Shown: positions 23,683-38,834, numbered from the stretch's first letter. The stretch: DNA of 64,000 nucleotides from Mobula hypostoma (GCF_963921235.1 NC_086107.1:105960001-106024000); one strand, 5' to 3'. The notes: generated by a model not told the origin, from the letters alone. Numbers and translations: made by a program.

Positions 23683-26600
23683 AGTTGGTGAGAGTATAGG
23701 GAGCATAAATGGGATTAGTGTAGGATCTGTACAAAACCGGTTGTTTGATGGTTGGTTAGGACGAGCCGGTGTACTTGCACTGTGTGTGACTCGACTGAAC
23801 CTAGCAACAGACACAGGTAAGCAACAGGTCAGTGTGAGAGTGAGAGGACGCTGAAGTGTCAGATGTGTCCTCCCACACATCACAGAGAGGAGAAAGCGGC
23901 CAAGATGATTCAGCAGACGAAAATCCAGAAAATCATGAACCCCCCCTGGTGAAGCAATGGAAATAAATGAACAGGGGTTGTTGGGCTGACAGAAACTGTG
24001 GATACTGTGGAGAATGCAGCAAAGGAGATGACTGGTAATTGGTTTATTAAAGTACAAATTTGAAAGTAAATTCATTATCAAAATACACATGCTACCATAT
24101 TCAGCCCTGAGTTTCATTTTCCTGCGGGCATACTCAATAAATCCAAAGAGTAGTGACTATAAGAGAATCAATGAATAATCAGCAAACTAGGGTTTTCAAC
24201 CAGACTGCAGAAGAGTCCTAAGGCTCCTGTACTTTCTTCCTGAAGGCAGCAACAAGAAGAGAGCATGGCCTGGGTTGTGGAGGTCCCTGATGTTGGATTG
24301 AATTGGCTTATTATTGGTGCAAGTACCAAAATGCAGTGAAAACCATTGGTTTGCCATCCAGGCAGATCGCTCCGCACGTAAGTACAGTAAGGTTATGCAA
24401 AAGAAACAAGAATGCAGAATATAGAGTTACGGTTACAACGAAAGAGCTGTGCAGGTAAACAGACAAACTGCAAGGGTCATGATGAGGTACATGGAGAGAT
24501 CAATGCATGCCCAAGAAGGCACCCACAAACATCTTGTTGGCACATGGCATGCAGTGCCCCCACTCGATTCTTTAAACACCACCCATAATAAAAAGATACA
24601 AAATGATTATTTTCACTGTCAAGCGAAGCAGTGTTTGTTTCTTTTCCACAGGAGATGTTTTCTCAGGAAATCTCCATAATTATTGTCATTAATTCACTAA
24701 TGAATGATAACGTCTGTTCAAAATTACCGTGGCATGCTAGAGAATTTTGTTTGGAAGATTATTGCCAATTTGGGCGCACATTTGTGAAAGGATTTGCCAC
24801 CCCTGGTATGGGTGGAGATACGTCTCTACTGAAGGAGGTGTAAGGCACTCTTTCCCTCTGCTAGCCTTGGGCAAGATGTAGCACCTGCTTATCCCCACGA
24901 TCAGGGTCACGTGAAGCCATGGTAACAGGTGGTGGATGGTCGTATGAGCAGCTGGTGCATATCACAAGTCCTAGTTATATGACCACTGACACCAGGCAGA
25001 CAATCTCTGAAGAGTATTGATAATGGCTGGGGTCTCCCATCTTGTAAAGACACTGCCCAGAAGAAGGCAATGGCAAACTACTTCTGTAGAAAACTTTGCC
25101 AAGAAAAGCCATGGTCATGGAATGATTAATGTCGCCCACGTCATATGACACGGCACATAATGATAATGATGATGGTATGGGAGGTCTTATAACAGCAGGA
25201 TGGAATCTGACCTTCAGCCCAGAGGTACGTGTTCTTAGTCTTTGTACCTTCTGCCTGATAGGAGGGGGGGAAGAGAGAATGACCGGGTGGGTGGGATCTC
25301 TGGCTGCTTTCAAGGCATTTGAAAAGACAAAGTACACTGGAGCAGGGAACATTTGGGTAAATTTCTGACAGTATTCCCGTGAGTCGGGGACATCGGTGGC
25401 AAATATCAGGCTTTGTTACCCATCGTTAATTGTCCCTAAGAAGAAGGTGGCGGCTGTCGTCTCAAATTCTTACAGTTCTTCGAGTGAGGGAGACAGGCAT
25501 TGGGGTCAGAAAGGGGTTCTTGTGGCCATTCGACCCATCTAGTCCGTGCCAAGCCATTAATCTGCCAAGTCTGTGCCGACATGGTATTCTGCCTACTCCC
25601 ATTGGACTGAACCCGGACCATGGGCCTCCATGCTCCTCCCATCCATGTACCTATCCAAATTTCTCTTAAATCGTGAAATCAAACCTGCACCCACCACTTC
25701 TGCTGGCAGCTCATTTCACACTCTCACCACCCTCTGAGTGAAGAAGTTCCCCCTCATGTTCCCCTTAAACATCGCACCTTTCACCCTTAACCCATGACCT
25801 CTAGTTCTAGTCTCACCAAACCTCAGTGGAAAAAGCCTGCTCACATTTACCCCACCTATACCCCTTATAATTTCGTATACCTTCTACATGTGACTCCAAA
25901 CCCACCAATGAGATTGCCTCTTAATTTACCTCACATGCCACTCAGGAAGATGACCATTGGCAAAGCTCAGTAAATGCCAATCTTGTCCAGGTCCCCCAAA
26001 AAATGAATAAATAAAGAAAAATTCTCCTCTCAATCCCATTTCGACAACCGTGAGTCAGTGTCAGGTGGGAGATACGAGAACTGGCTCTCTCTTAGGCTAG
26101 GCCATGGTGTCCGTGAAGACCAGAGTGAACACTGAGGCACTTCAGGGACACGTGGACTGGACGTCCCACTGGGTGGATGGACAAGGCAGGGAAATTCCGG
26201 AGCGAGAGTAGAGTGAGGAATTATAGGGAAAGTGAACCAAAAGATGGTGGCAGGAGCGGTGCGATCTAATTTCAATGCTGACCTGAGGTGCTGCCTTTGT
26301 GGAGTTTCCACACTCTCCATGGTTCTCCGGTTGACCAAAGGTCAGTTACTTAGAAAAAAATAACCTTTAGTGTAAGTGAGTGATATGTGTAGGTAGGGAA
26401 GGGGACTGATGGGATTGCTGTGAGAGCTAGTGTACTCTCAATGGGCTGAATGGTCTCCTCTGTCGTAGGAAACTATCAGTAGGTGAGACTTAGGGCAAGT
26501 GGAAGAGAGTTGGTATCAATGTTACCAGTGCACATTGTAAGAGGAGGGAGCCAAGAACAGAGCCAACATGGAGCTTTATACAGTGTAGTGGCCAGCAGGG

Positions 26601-29600
26601 CTGTCGCAGATTATGTTTCACCCGGTCACATTTCTCTAAGCTTTCCCTTATTGATTTATTGAGATACAGCATGGAAACAGGCCCTTCTGGACCTTCAGAT
26701 GCTGCCCAGAAACCCCCAATTTAATCCTATTCTAATCACAGGACAATTTAATTTTACTAATTAACCTACCACCGGTCAACATTCCGAGCCGAAATCCTTC
26801 ATCAGAACTGGAGAGGAGGAGCTAAAAAGTCAAAATAAAAAGGTGGGGGAGTGTGGAAGGGATGGGGGATGGAAGTTACTACAGTTATGCACGCTGTTCC
26901 TTTTTGTAACATCGACTGTTTATTCATTTCCGACACCGAGCACCGAGCACCATCTCTGCCGAGCGCTTCGACCCCGCCCCGGCCGCCAAGCAACAGGCAA
27001 AGCCGAGGACTCGGGGCCTTCCCCTCCGGAGATTCTGGATCACACAGTAGCAGCAGCAGCGAAGCAGGCATTTCAGAAGTTTCTCCAGCTGTTCCTCCGT
27101 GCTCTCACGTCCGTCTCCATCAGATCAGGATTGTGCACAGCACCCTACTTGACAAATAACAGACATCACCACCGGAGTGGCCGCTGTGAGCTACATTGCG
27201 CCGCCATCTTCTCCTCCTGCCAATTCATAATTATCCTGAGAGCTCCCTCAGGGTGGAGAGACATGGTGGGAGGAACCTTGGAATGAGGAAGGAAACGTGG
27301 TCTGAGTGGAGTGAGGAATGTTGAGGGGAAGAGTTGGCAACGGTGGGAGGGATGTACATTAATCTGGCAAAACTATCCTGGGGGAAACTTCAAAGTGAAG
27401 TCAAAACTCATTAATCCCATGTTAAAGTTTATTGGGGAACAAGCCCTGGAGGTGAAGCCAAGGTCTGGGGATTTAATTGAAGTGCAGCCCAGAGGCTCAT
27501 GTCACTGAATGAGACAGTGGTCTGGCACCTTCTAATGTAGCCTCATCTTTTCAGGTACTCCCGATTAGCAATCCCTACACAGCTCCTTCCCCTGCACCTT
27601 GAGAACCTGAAGCAGACATATCTGTCTATGTTTGGTCCACATCCCTCTAACCTTTCCTGTCCAAATCTTTGATAGCGTCTTTTAAATGTTGCAATTGTAC
27701 CTGCCCCAAAGACGTCACCTGGCATCTTGAGGTTTCGCTACACAGTGCATACCATCCTCTGGGTGAAGAAGCTGCCCCTCTGGTCTCTTTTAAACCTTTA
27801 GCCTCCTTTAAATCTTTTACCCCCTTCCATGGAAAAATGATGGTGTACATTTCCTCTTATGACTTTATATATCTCTATAAGGTCATTTCTCGGACCCACG
27901 CTCCGGTGAATAAGATCTAGCCTGCACAATCTCTCCCTATAATTTAGGCCCTTGAGTCCTGGAGGTGTGTCCTGCTGGGACCAGGGCACAAAGCGCTCAG
28001 TCTACTCATCCAGGTGGCCTTTACTTACACCCAAGTTTAGAATGGGACAGGACATCTCACTTTGTAAGTTGTTATCACCTCTGTACTCGAATATTCTGAC
28101 TCTCTCCTGTCTCCACAAATATAAGACCATGGCAACCCCAACTTCTCAGCACCAAGGACCATTCATCGTGACCTTCACTAGTTCTGGGTTGAGCAAAGCC
28201 TTGCTTTTAAAATTATCATCCATGCTTTTAACTTCCCCCTTGTCTCCCTTAGTTACCTCACCCTAACTCTGCAACCTCCTCCAATCCTAGAACCGTCTGT
28301 GGTCTCTATGTTCCTCCAGCCCAGCCCTCCTCATCGTCCTGCGACAACACCACCATCTTGTCTTCAGTCACCCGTGCCCCAAGCTCTGGAATTCCCTCCG
28401 ACAATGCTCCTTAATCATCCCTCTTTCAGTCACCACTGAACATCTCTGGATATGGTGCCAATTTTTGCTAGATAACGTTCCTTATAAGAAAGGTTAAGCG
28501 AGCTAGGGAGTGAAGGAGGATGAGAGGTGACTTGATAGAGATGTACAAGATGATAAGAGGCATAGATAGAATGGACAGCCAGGTAATTTATTTTTCCCCA
28601 GGATAGAAATGATTAATAACAAGGGGCCTAAATTTAAGATGGTTGGAGGAAAGTATAGAGGGTGATAGGCTGACTTTGGAGAGGACGGTGCTGTTTTGCA
28701 GCAGAGCAATATTGACCTCTATTGTCTTAGCCTGCCTTTCACTGTGTAATGTTGCACATTGGCTTCTTCATGATGTAATATCTCCCATGCCCAAACAGTC
28801 TATAGAGCATAAAGATGAATGTCCAAGCTCAGATGAAGATGAGCTTGAATTACACAAAGATAAAGATCTGATGGATTCGGGGATGTTTCCGATAGTGGGA
28901 GAGTCTAGGACCAGAGGGCACAGCCTCAGAATACAAGGACATCCCCTTGGAACAGAAATGAGGAGGAACTTCTTTATCCAGGGGGTGGTGAAACTGTGGA
29001 ATTAATTGCCATTGACGTCTGTGGGGGCCAAGTCTTTGGGTATATTTAAAGTTGAAGTTGATAGGTTCTTAATTAGTAAAGGTAACAGGGTGAAGGCAGG
29101 AGAATGGCGTTGAGAGAGAAAATAAATCAGCCATGATTGAATGGCAGAGCAGACTCAATGGACCAAAAGGCCTAATTCTGCTCCTATGTCTTATGGTCTC
29201 ACCCGTATTCTATCCATCATATAGGTGTTTGATGGGACAGTTAGATGGAGCTTTACTCTCATTCTGTACAGTGTATGATAGTCCCTCTCACCGCCCATCC
29301 ACTTCCGATGGACTCACCCTCACTTTGATGTTAACAAAAAGTGTGAAAGAATTCTTCTTCTCATCTGTGTCCACCAAAGTCACGGATCTTTCCGCTGCCG
29401 GGTGCAATCATGGGATTACCGAACGTCTCCCAGGGCTGCAATTTTAAGTCCCTGCTGGGACCATCTTGAAGAAACTAACAGTGTAAAAAGAAAACATTTT
29501 GTTGAAATTAGGCTTCATTTGCAGAGTACAGAAAATTCCACTTAATAAAAAAGAAAGTGATGGTGTGGAATGTATTGTAAACGGTGACACGTAGCAGCTC

Positions 29601-32564
29601 TGATCCGTTCTGACCATAGAATCAATTACCTCTCCTTAAGTACTACAAATATTTAAAGGCTGTTCCATAGAATTTCCAATTCCATGTCAAGCCATGGTCT
29701 TCTTAAATGGGGGAACAAGATCAAGTGGTCAAGTAGTTATCTTTAAAGAGAGTTTACAGTGCAGAAGGCTAATTCGACCCTTTGAATTCATGCAAATTTT
29801 ACTTTTAAAACTTTTTAAACTTTTTAAAACTTTATTTATAAAATATAAGAAATATGAAAAACAGAATACACAGCCCAGCACATCACACAAGCCAATTTTT
29901 CGTCCTTGGACTCACTTTACACCGCACGCTGTCGGAGCAGTGCTGCCAGGATAATCAAGGACACGACCCACCCAGCCAACACAATTTTCATCCCTCTTCC
30001 CTCCGGGAGAAGGCTCAGGAGCTTGAAGACTCATACGGCCAGATTTGGGAACAGCTTCTTTCCAACTGTGATAAGACTGCTGAACGGATCCTGACCCGGA
30101 TCTGGGCCGTACCCTCCAAATATCTGGACCTGCCTCTCGTTTTTTTTTTTTTTTGCACGACCTTATTTTCCACTTTTCTATGTTGTATTTATGATTTATG
30201 ATTTAAAATTTTACTATTTACTATTGATTTGTACTCCAGGGAGCGCGAAGTGCAGAATCAAATATCGCTGTGATAATTGTACGCTCTAGTATCAATTGTT
30301 TGGCGACAATGAAGTAAAGTAATATACTCAAAGTGTTGATCGGTCTATACATTCATAGTATCGCCAGTTTTATATATTAGTAAGTAACGTGAGCACGTTC
30401 TGTACACAGAGCACCATGGCCACCCATGTGGGCTTCTTTGAGCAATACACTACCTCTTGTGTTTCAGATGTTTTTATACAGATGTTGCAAGGGTCAGTAA
30501 CTTTAAATTCCTTGCTGTTATCACATCCACGGATCTGTCCTGGGATAGACACATAATTGCCATAGCAAAGAAAGAATGACAGAGCCTCTACTTACTTCAA
30601 AGTTTGTGGAGATTTGGCATGTCACTGAAAACTTTGACACTTCGACAGCTACGCAATGGAGCGTATCCGTGCTGCATCACAGCCTGGTATGGATACACCA
30701 ATGCCCTTCAGTGGAAAAGCCTACAAAATGGGGTGGATACAGCCCAGGCCACCACAGGCAATGCCTTCCCCACCATTGTACCCATCTACAAGGAGCCCTG
30801 CCACAAGAAAGCAGCATCTGTCATCAAGGACCCCCATCGAAGGCCATGCTCTCTTCTCGCTGCTGCCATCGGGAAGGAGATACAGGAACCGTAGGTCCCA
30901 CACCGCCTTCAACCATCAGGCTCCAGAACCACTGCGGATAACTCTGAACTGATTCCACAACCTATGGATTCACATTCAAAGATTCTACAACTCATGATCT
31001 TAGTGTTAATTATTTAGTTATTCATTGCACTTACCCAGTCTGTCTTCTTTTGTACATTAGTTGTTTGTCAGTCTTCGTTTGTGTGTAGCTTTTCATTGAT
31101 TCTATTGTATTTCTTTGTTCTACTGCGAACGGCTGCAAAACATGAATCTCAGGGTAGTATACACTGACATATGTGTACCTCGACGATAAATTTACTTTGA
31201 ACTTTGAACTCAATGTGTCATGGCTGAAGAAGCCCAGACTGCAGTCCTTCCCACACGATATAACTTTGTGTTGGTTACACCGACTTCAGTGTATCCCTCA
31301 GCATGCACCCCAACAGGCCGGAGTGTGCCAGTTGACAGCATTCCCTTACAGACACCTCGCTGTGTTGGAAGATCAATCAGTTTTGGGCAGACCAAAGTAC
31401 ATCTTTCACCAACTTGATGATCTTCCACCAGCACTTAATGTTTGGTTGAATATGCAGGGCTATTGAAACTAATCCCAATTTGTCCAGATCCTGGTCCTTG
31501 TGGGGCACGGCTAATCAAAGTGTTTTTTCGATCTGTTGGATTAAAACACCCATTGAAGCCCCCATTCAATGGTTTTAAGATAGATCAAGTTTGCATTCAT
31601 TTATTTAAAGACTTTGCTTCCCTCTCCCATTGATATAGGGAGCTCCAACGGTGCTCAGAACGAGACATAAGTGACTTGGTTCAAGATCAAGGACGAAGGG
31701 TCAAAGTTCAAAGTAAATTTATTATCAAAGCACGTCAGTATATACAACACTGAGATTCATTTTATGCATTAGCGGTTAACGTAGCACTACTAGTAACCTG
31801 GGGTTCAATTCCAGCCGCTATCTGTAAAAAAAATTGTACTTTCTTCCCATGGGTTTCCCCTGGGTGCTCCAGTTTCATTCCACATTTCAAAGACGTACTG
31901 TTTAGTAGTTTACGGTCACATGGGTATAAATAGGAGGTACCTGGTTCCATGCTGTATCTCTAAGTAATCAATTAATAAATAAATAAGCAAATATAATTTA
32001 TACATATTAGCAATTTGCTGTGGTGCATTGCGGAGGGTGCAACATGCAAAAACAAAAAAAATTCAACAATTACAAAGAATAGTTATATAAATAAAATTAG
32101 AGATTAAAGTAAGGATATGGAATAAGTATGCATAATTACCAACATGTATTTGCAATGTAAACAGCATTTTAAAAGTGGCACAAACAAAATGCTGGAGGAA
32201 CTCAGCAGGCCAGGCAGCATCTATGGAAATGAATAAACAGTCGATGTTTTGGGCCGAGACATTTCTCAGAGTATCTACGGTGCAATGACAGGAATAGATA
32301 GAGAGGGTGGGATATATAACCAGAATGGTTGATCAGATCTAGGGGAAGAAAGTTTTTAGATGCTGTGATTTTTTTTCTAATAGCCCTATAACGCTTTAGA
32401 GAAGGGAGTTTTTGGAAAAGGCAGTTTGCAGGGTGGGTAGTGTTCTCAATGATTTTTCCTGCCCACTTCATTGTCTTGGACACATACACACCCTGCAGAG
32501 ATAGTAGTCTGCAGCCAATGACTTTTTCTGTTGACCTGAGAGTTTGCTGTAGCTTTTGTATACA

Positions 32565-33117
32565 CCTAGTGGCCATTTTATGAGCTACCTTCTGTACCTA
32601 ATAAAGTAGTCACTGAGTGTATCTTTGTGGTCTTCTGTTACTGTAGCTTATCTACTTTCACGTTTGACCCGTTGTACATTCAGAGATGCTCTTCTGCACA
32701 TCGTTGCTGGTTATTAGAGTTATTGCTGCCTTCCCGTCAGCTTGAACCATTCTCCACTGACCTCTCTCATTAACAAGGCATTTTCACCCACAGAACTGCT
32801 ACTCACTAGAGTTTTTTTTTTGGATTTTTGCGCCATTCTCTGCAAACTCTAGGGAATGATGTGCATGAAAATCTCAGGAGATCAGCAGTTTCTGAGGTAC
32901 TCAAACCATCCCGTCTGGCACCAACAATCACTCCACCATCAAAGTCACTTAGATCACATTTCTTCCCCCATTCTGATGTTTGGTCTGAACAACAACTGAA
33001 CCTCTTGACCAGGCCTGCGTGCTTTTATGCATTGAGTTGCTGCCACATGATTGGCTGATTAGATATTTGCATTAATGAGCAGATGCACAGGAGTAGTTAA
33101 TAAAGTGGCCACTGGGT
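32565..33117 (-). mobile_element. Tc1-derived element
   Basis: Same family, with TIR remnants at both ends. Confidence 0.8.
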
Positions 33118-33818
33118 ATATGTTGCCACTGGAGGAAAGCTCCCCCTCTTGTCAACCCTATCTGGATCAACCATATTTTCAATCAGCAATTATCCTTTTA
33201 CATCATCTGGTATGAGGGGCGGCGCTACACCACAGGAGCGAAATATGCTGCAGAGAGTTGTAAACTTAGTCAGCTCCATCATGAGCTACATCATAGCCTC
33301 CAGGACATCTTCAAGGATCGATGGCTCAAAAAGGTGGAATCCATCATTGAGGACCCCCATCTCCCAGGACATGCCCTCTTCTCATTGCTACCATCAAGAC
33401 GAAGGTAATGAAGCCTGAAGGGGGAATGTCGACTCAGACCATGAGAGGCCTGCGTTGGGCATTTTCATGCCTTACAAGGCGCAGATTGGAAGTCTGTGTG
33501 GGGCACCACTCCTCACACAGACACTACAGCAATGTGTGATTAAGTGCCTTGCTCAAGGACACAAACACGCTGCCCACAGCTGAGGCTCAAACTAGCAACC
33601 TTCAGATCACTAGAGGAATGCCTTAACCACTTGGCCACATGCCCAACACAAGCCTGAAGGCACACACTCAACAATTCAGGAACAGCTTCTTTCCCTCTGC
33701 CATCTGATTTACTGAATGGACATTGAACCCATGAACACCACCTCACTACTTTTTTATTTCTATTTTTGCACTACTTATTTAATTTAATTATTTAAAACAC
33801 ATATACTTTTAATTCATG

Positions 33819-34512
33819 TGTAGCCCCCCCCCCCCCCCGGCCACCCTCAGGGTCGCTCGGCTCGCTGTCGTCTAGGGAAACAGCCTCGGCCCCGCCAAAC
33901 TGGATAATTCGTTTGTGTGGATGCTGTGTGATGTACCCCACCCCGCACAAATAACAGACAATACACCAGATACGATTTACAGTTTATAGATATTACTGGA
34001 ACTATATAATTAAGAGAGAATAAAATATGAAAGGAAAATGAAAGGCGCCACACTTATCAAAGTTCAATCTCTTCGTGCACAAAACAGTTGGAGCTCAAGG
34101 ACCTTCTTCTTCACCCTGCGACCCCCTTGGACCACCTCGACCGGCCACCTGGGACCAACAACGGTGGTCGACCAGATGCTCCACAGGAGTCCGTCTCCGT
34201 CTCCTCGCCGAACGTCCCGCTCGGGGTCCGATCTCGTTAGCGGACATCACAGCACATCGTCCATCCTCTGTCTCGCTCTCCCGCCTTCTGCCCCCAAACC
34301 CCGCGCATACAGTATCTTCAAATACACCAAAACCATAACAACTATCCCAATTGGTTAATAATATATTTTTATCACACTCTAAACCAAAACAAGCTGCTAG
34401 CGCAAACTTTCTCAGCGTTTAACACAACAAAGCCGCATTCCCCAGATTAACATAACAAAGACGCCATTTTAATTAGCCTCCGCAGTAACATAAAAGTCAA
34501 ACCCCCCTTACA
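33819..34512. mobile_element. Solo LTR (Gypsy-like)
   Basis: TGTA...TACA termini, 694 bp, with a 4-bp TSD catg at 33815-33818 and 34513-34516. It interrupts a LINE tail. Confidence 0.75.
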
Positions 34513-37500
34513 CATGTTTTTTCTCTATTATTATGTATTGCATTGTACTGCTGCCACAAAGACAACAAATTTCACAACGTTATACCAGTGATATTAAACC
34601 TGATTCTGAAGATATCATCCACTAAGTCTTAGTCTTTAAACCTCTTGGTGTAAGTTTAGTCACTGTCCCCTCCCACCCGTTCTCCTCTAACGCAAAGAAG
34701 ACAACCCCGTTCTAGCTAGTCGCATAACTGTGATGCATACGTGCTGGTAATGCCTTAACTCTCCTCTCCACCTTCTCCAATGCCGTCAAATCCCGACAGT
34801 GCAGGGGTTCCCAACCATTTTCATACCATGGACCTCTAATATTAACCAAAAGGTCATTAATGGAGTGACCACAGTTTTATCCACTGTTCCTACAGTTGCT
34901 TATTGTATCGTGCTCTTGAACCCACAGCTTTATCACTGACGGAGCCTAGTCCATAAGGCACAAGTCCCCAGATGGTGCACAGATGAAGCCACGATGCATT
35001 TTCCTTCCTCTGCGCCACGTAAATGAGGGCTGCCGTGAGAGTTTTATGTCAGGACAAAATGTGCAAGTGGAGTGAGACCACACACCGGGGGAACGGCAGG
35101 AGTCGAGATTAACGCACAGTTGCTGTGTGACTCGAGGCTTGTTAGTGGTGAACATGACAGATTGAAGGGGAAAGGGGACCAGGACACCATAGATCACAGC
35201 AGAGTGCCTTCAGAGTAAACTAAACAGCTTTCATGGATGGAAAACTTCACATGAAATTGGAATGTAGGTGCTGTGTTCAAAAGGAACAGTACACTCCATC
35301 AGGACCTGGCTAGTACATGTCACAAAGACATATTTCCATTCTGTTTAAAACAATCCATTCCCCCTCCCACCGCCAACCCCTCCTCTTATCTAAAACTATG
35401 GAATACTTGAACAAGGAATTTTCTTTAAAGCTTTCCTTTTGTAGTTGTAAATATAAGACACTCTACAGATGTTGGAAATCCAGAGTAACACACACACAAA
35501 ATGCTGGATGAACTCAGCAGGTCAGTCAGCATCTATGGAAAGGAATAAAGAGCCAACATTTTGGGGCAAGACCCTTCATCAGGACTGGAGAGGAAGGGGG
35601 AGGAATCCAGAATAATAAGATGCGAGGTTGGAGGGGAAGGAGTACAAGCTGGCAAGTGATAGGCTTCTTCCTTCCTTCCTTTCCAGTTCCAATGAAGGGT
35701 CTCGACCCGAAACATTAACTGGAGTACAAGCCAGAAGATGGTAGGTGAAGCCAGTTGAGGGGAAGGTAGGTGGGTGGTGGGGCGGAGGGTGGTGATGAAG
35801 TAAGAAACTGGGAGGTGATAGGTGGAAAAGGTAAAGGGCTGAAGAAGAAGGAATCTGATAGGAGGGGAGAGTGGACCAATGGTGAAAGGGAAAGAGGAGG
35901 GAGGGGATAGACAGGTTAGGAGAAGAGAAGGGGTGAGAGGAGAGTCGGAATTCATGCCATTAGTTTGGAAGTTACCCTTTATAGTTGTGTTGTGGTGATC
36001 GGAAGTGTGGGAAGACAGCTATTTCTCAAATGAATGTGATAGAGTGGATGTGGAGAGGATGTTTCATACGGTGTGGGAGACTAAGACCAGAGGACACAGC
36101 TTAGAATAGAGGGACGTCCATTTAGAACAGAGATAAGGAGAAATTTCTTTAGCCAGAGGGTGGCAACTCTGTGGAATTCGTTGCCACGGGCGGCTGTGGA
36201 GGCCAAATCATTGGGTGTATTTAAGGCTAAGCTTGACAGGTTCTTGATTAGTCAGGGCATGAAGGGATATGAGGAGAAGGCAGGAGATTGGGGCTAAGAG
36301 GGAAATGCATCAACCATGACAAAATGACAGAGAAGACTCAATGGGCCAAATGGCCTAATTCTACTCCTACATCTTATGATACCAGGCTGCCTGATCAGTG
36401 ACTAGCGGACTCTGACCCATAGTTTTGACCCAAAATTCTGACAATTCCTTTCTCCCCACAGATGCTGTGCAAAGTATTGTTTTCCATTGCTCCAGATTCC
36501 AGCATCTTGTGTGTCTCAAAGTCAAAGTAAGCTTATTGTCAAAGTACATCATTATCATGTACTACCGAGATTCATTTTCTTTTAGGCATTTACAGGAAAA
36601 TAAAGAAACACAATAGAATTAATGGGAAACTATGCATAAACAACGACTGACCAACAACCAGTGTACACAAGAGGACAAGTTGTGCAAATAATGAGATAAA
36701 TAATACTGAGAACATGAGTTATAGAGTCCTTAAAAGTGAGTCTGTAGTTTGTGGATTCAAAGTAACTTAGATATCTAAGAATGGATGTGCTGACATTGGA
36801 GAGGGCCCAAAGGAGGTTCAGGAACATGATTCCAGGATTGAAAAGCTTGTCATATGAGGAGGGTTTGATGGCTCTGGGCCTCTACTCACTGGAACTCAGA
36901 AGAATGAGGGGCAACCTCGTTGAAACCTATCGAATATTGAAAGGTCTCGACAAAGTGGATGTTTCCTATGACGGGGGAGTCTAAGACCAGAGGGCACAGC
37001 CTCAGAATAAAAGCATGTCCAATTAGGATGGAGATGAGGAGGAATTTCTTTGGCCAAAGAACAATGAGCATCACTCAACTTCACTTGCTCCATCATTGAA
37101 ATGTTCCCACGACCTACAGACTCACTTTCAAGGACTCTTATCTCAAGTACTCAATACTTATTGCTTACTTCTTTATTATTATTATTTCTTCTTTTTGTAT
37201 TTGCATAGGTTGTTGTCTTCTGCACTCTGGTTGAATGTCCTCGTTTGGAGGTTTTTCATTGATTCTGTTATGGCTAATATTCTATAGATTTATTGAGTAT
37301 GCCCACAAGAAAAAGAAACTCAGGGTTGTATATGATGACATATATGTACTTTAATATTAAAATTTAGTTTGAACTTTGAAAACAGTACAGCACAGTACAG
37401 GCCCTTCAGCCCACAATGTTGTGCCAACCTTTTAACCTACCCTAAGATCAATCTAACCCTTTCCTCCTACATAACCCTCCATTTTTCTATCATCCATGTG

Positions 37501-38249
37501 TCTATATTAGAGTTTCTTAAATGACACTAATTTGTCTGCCTCTACAAGAAGATACATTTAAGGCAGAGATTGATAGGTTTTTGATTGGTAGGGAGGCTAA
37601 GGCTTATAGGGAAAAGGAGGGTAAATGGAGTTGATAAAAATCAACCGTAATTAGATGACAGAGCAGATTCAATGGGCTGAATGGCCTAATTCTGCTCCTA
37701 TATCTTATGGCCTTATAGGGTACTCACTATAATACCAATTTAAGGAACATTTCTGATGAGATTTCTGACCAGATTTCTCTCTGGCATCTTTGGTACAAAT
37801 CTCGGCCAAGCAATTTTAATTTCCTTCTGAATCCTATGGCGTTTTACGATCGCTCCATTTCCAGCCACCTCACGAGAAACGGGTTAATTTATTACAGGTG
37901 CATATAAGGAACATAACTCGATATTTACTACGTGCCAATTGGAGCCTCACATTTTGTGAGCCACCTCACGGGGAACTCCCTGCTTCTTTTAGCCCCTTAC
38001 CAATTGAGTGGTTCACCGCATAAGCCTTGGTCTAAATTGTCTGCTTTGAAACCATTAAGAGCTCCTTTAACGACCTGTCTGGATAGGTCTCTTTCACTTA
38101 CTGTACTTGAAGACAATTTCAGTGTGAAACATGAACACTGCTTTGCCTTCAAATGCATATCACAGACACTCTACACTGGTGTCTATAGCAACACACAAAA
38201 TGCTGGAGGAACTCAGCAGGTCAGGCAGCATCTATAGAAAAGAATGAAC

Positions 38250-38285
38250 AGTCGACGTTTCGGGCCGAGACCCTTCTTCAGGACT
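38250..38285 (-). ncRNA. Minimal type I hammerhead ribozyme motif
   Basis: AGUC-CUGAAGA-AGGGUCUCGGCCC-GAAAC-GUC/GACU. Confidence 0.7.
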
Positions 38286-38507
38286 GGAAAGGAAGGGAGA
38301 AAGGCAGGATATGAAGGTGCGGGAGGAGAAGCTGGCAGGTGCCAGTCCTGATGAAGAGCCTCAGACTGAAAGGTCGACTGTTTATTCCTGTCCTTAGAAT
38401 CCGCCTGACCTGCTGAGCTCCTCCAACATTCTGTGTGAGTGGCTCTGGACTTCCAGCATCTGCAGAATCTCTTGTGTAGGTGGTAGGCTCCCTCCCTCCT
38501 CCTTTCC

Positions 38508-38543
38508 AGTCCTGATGAAGGGTCTCGGCTCGAAACGTTGACT
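38508..38543 (+). ncRNA. Minimal type I hammerhead ribozyme motif
   Basis: AGUC-CUGAUGA-AGGGUCUCGGCUC-GAAAC-GUU/GACU. Confidence 0.65.
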
Positions 38544-38834
38544 GTTTATTCCCCTCCATAGATGCTGCCTGACCTGCTGGGTTCCTCCAGCGTTTTGTGT
38601 GTGTTGCTCTGGATTTCCAGCATCTGCAGAATCTCTTGTGCTGGTGACTATACCTTACACGAGGCTCTTGCAAACCCTCCTCACCTCACCCCGTTATGAC
38701 AGCATTCACATTCTACTTCACTTGGTTGTTTAGCCAGCTTTCCCTTAAGTTCACCATTGCCATTCATCTCAACTGCTGCCTACAAACAAAGTCCACCCCA
38801 AGCACCTCTCTCCAAATCAATTCTGGGATTAATC

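Noticed and set aside
26500..26582. Minus-strand TATAAA with nearby ATGs as the promoter and exon 1 of the MGP-like gene
   Set aside because: The first ATG is only 5 nt from the TATA box and gives the wrong phase, and the second encodes no signal peptide.
29318..29465. Minus-strand segment with a good acceptor and a GTGAGT donor
   Set aside because: There are stop codons in all three frames and no recognisable homology.
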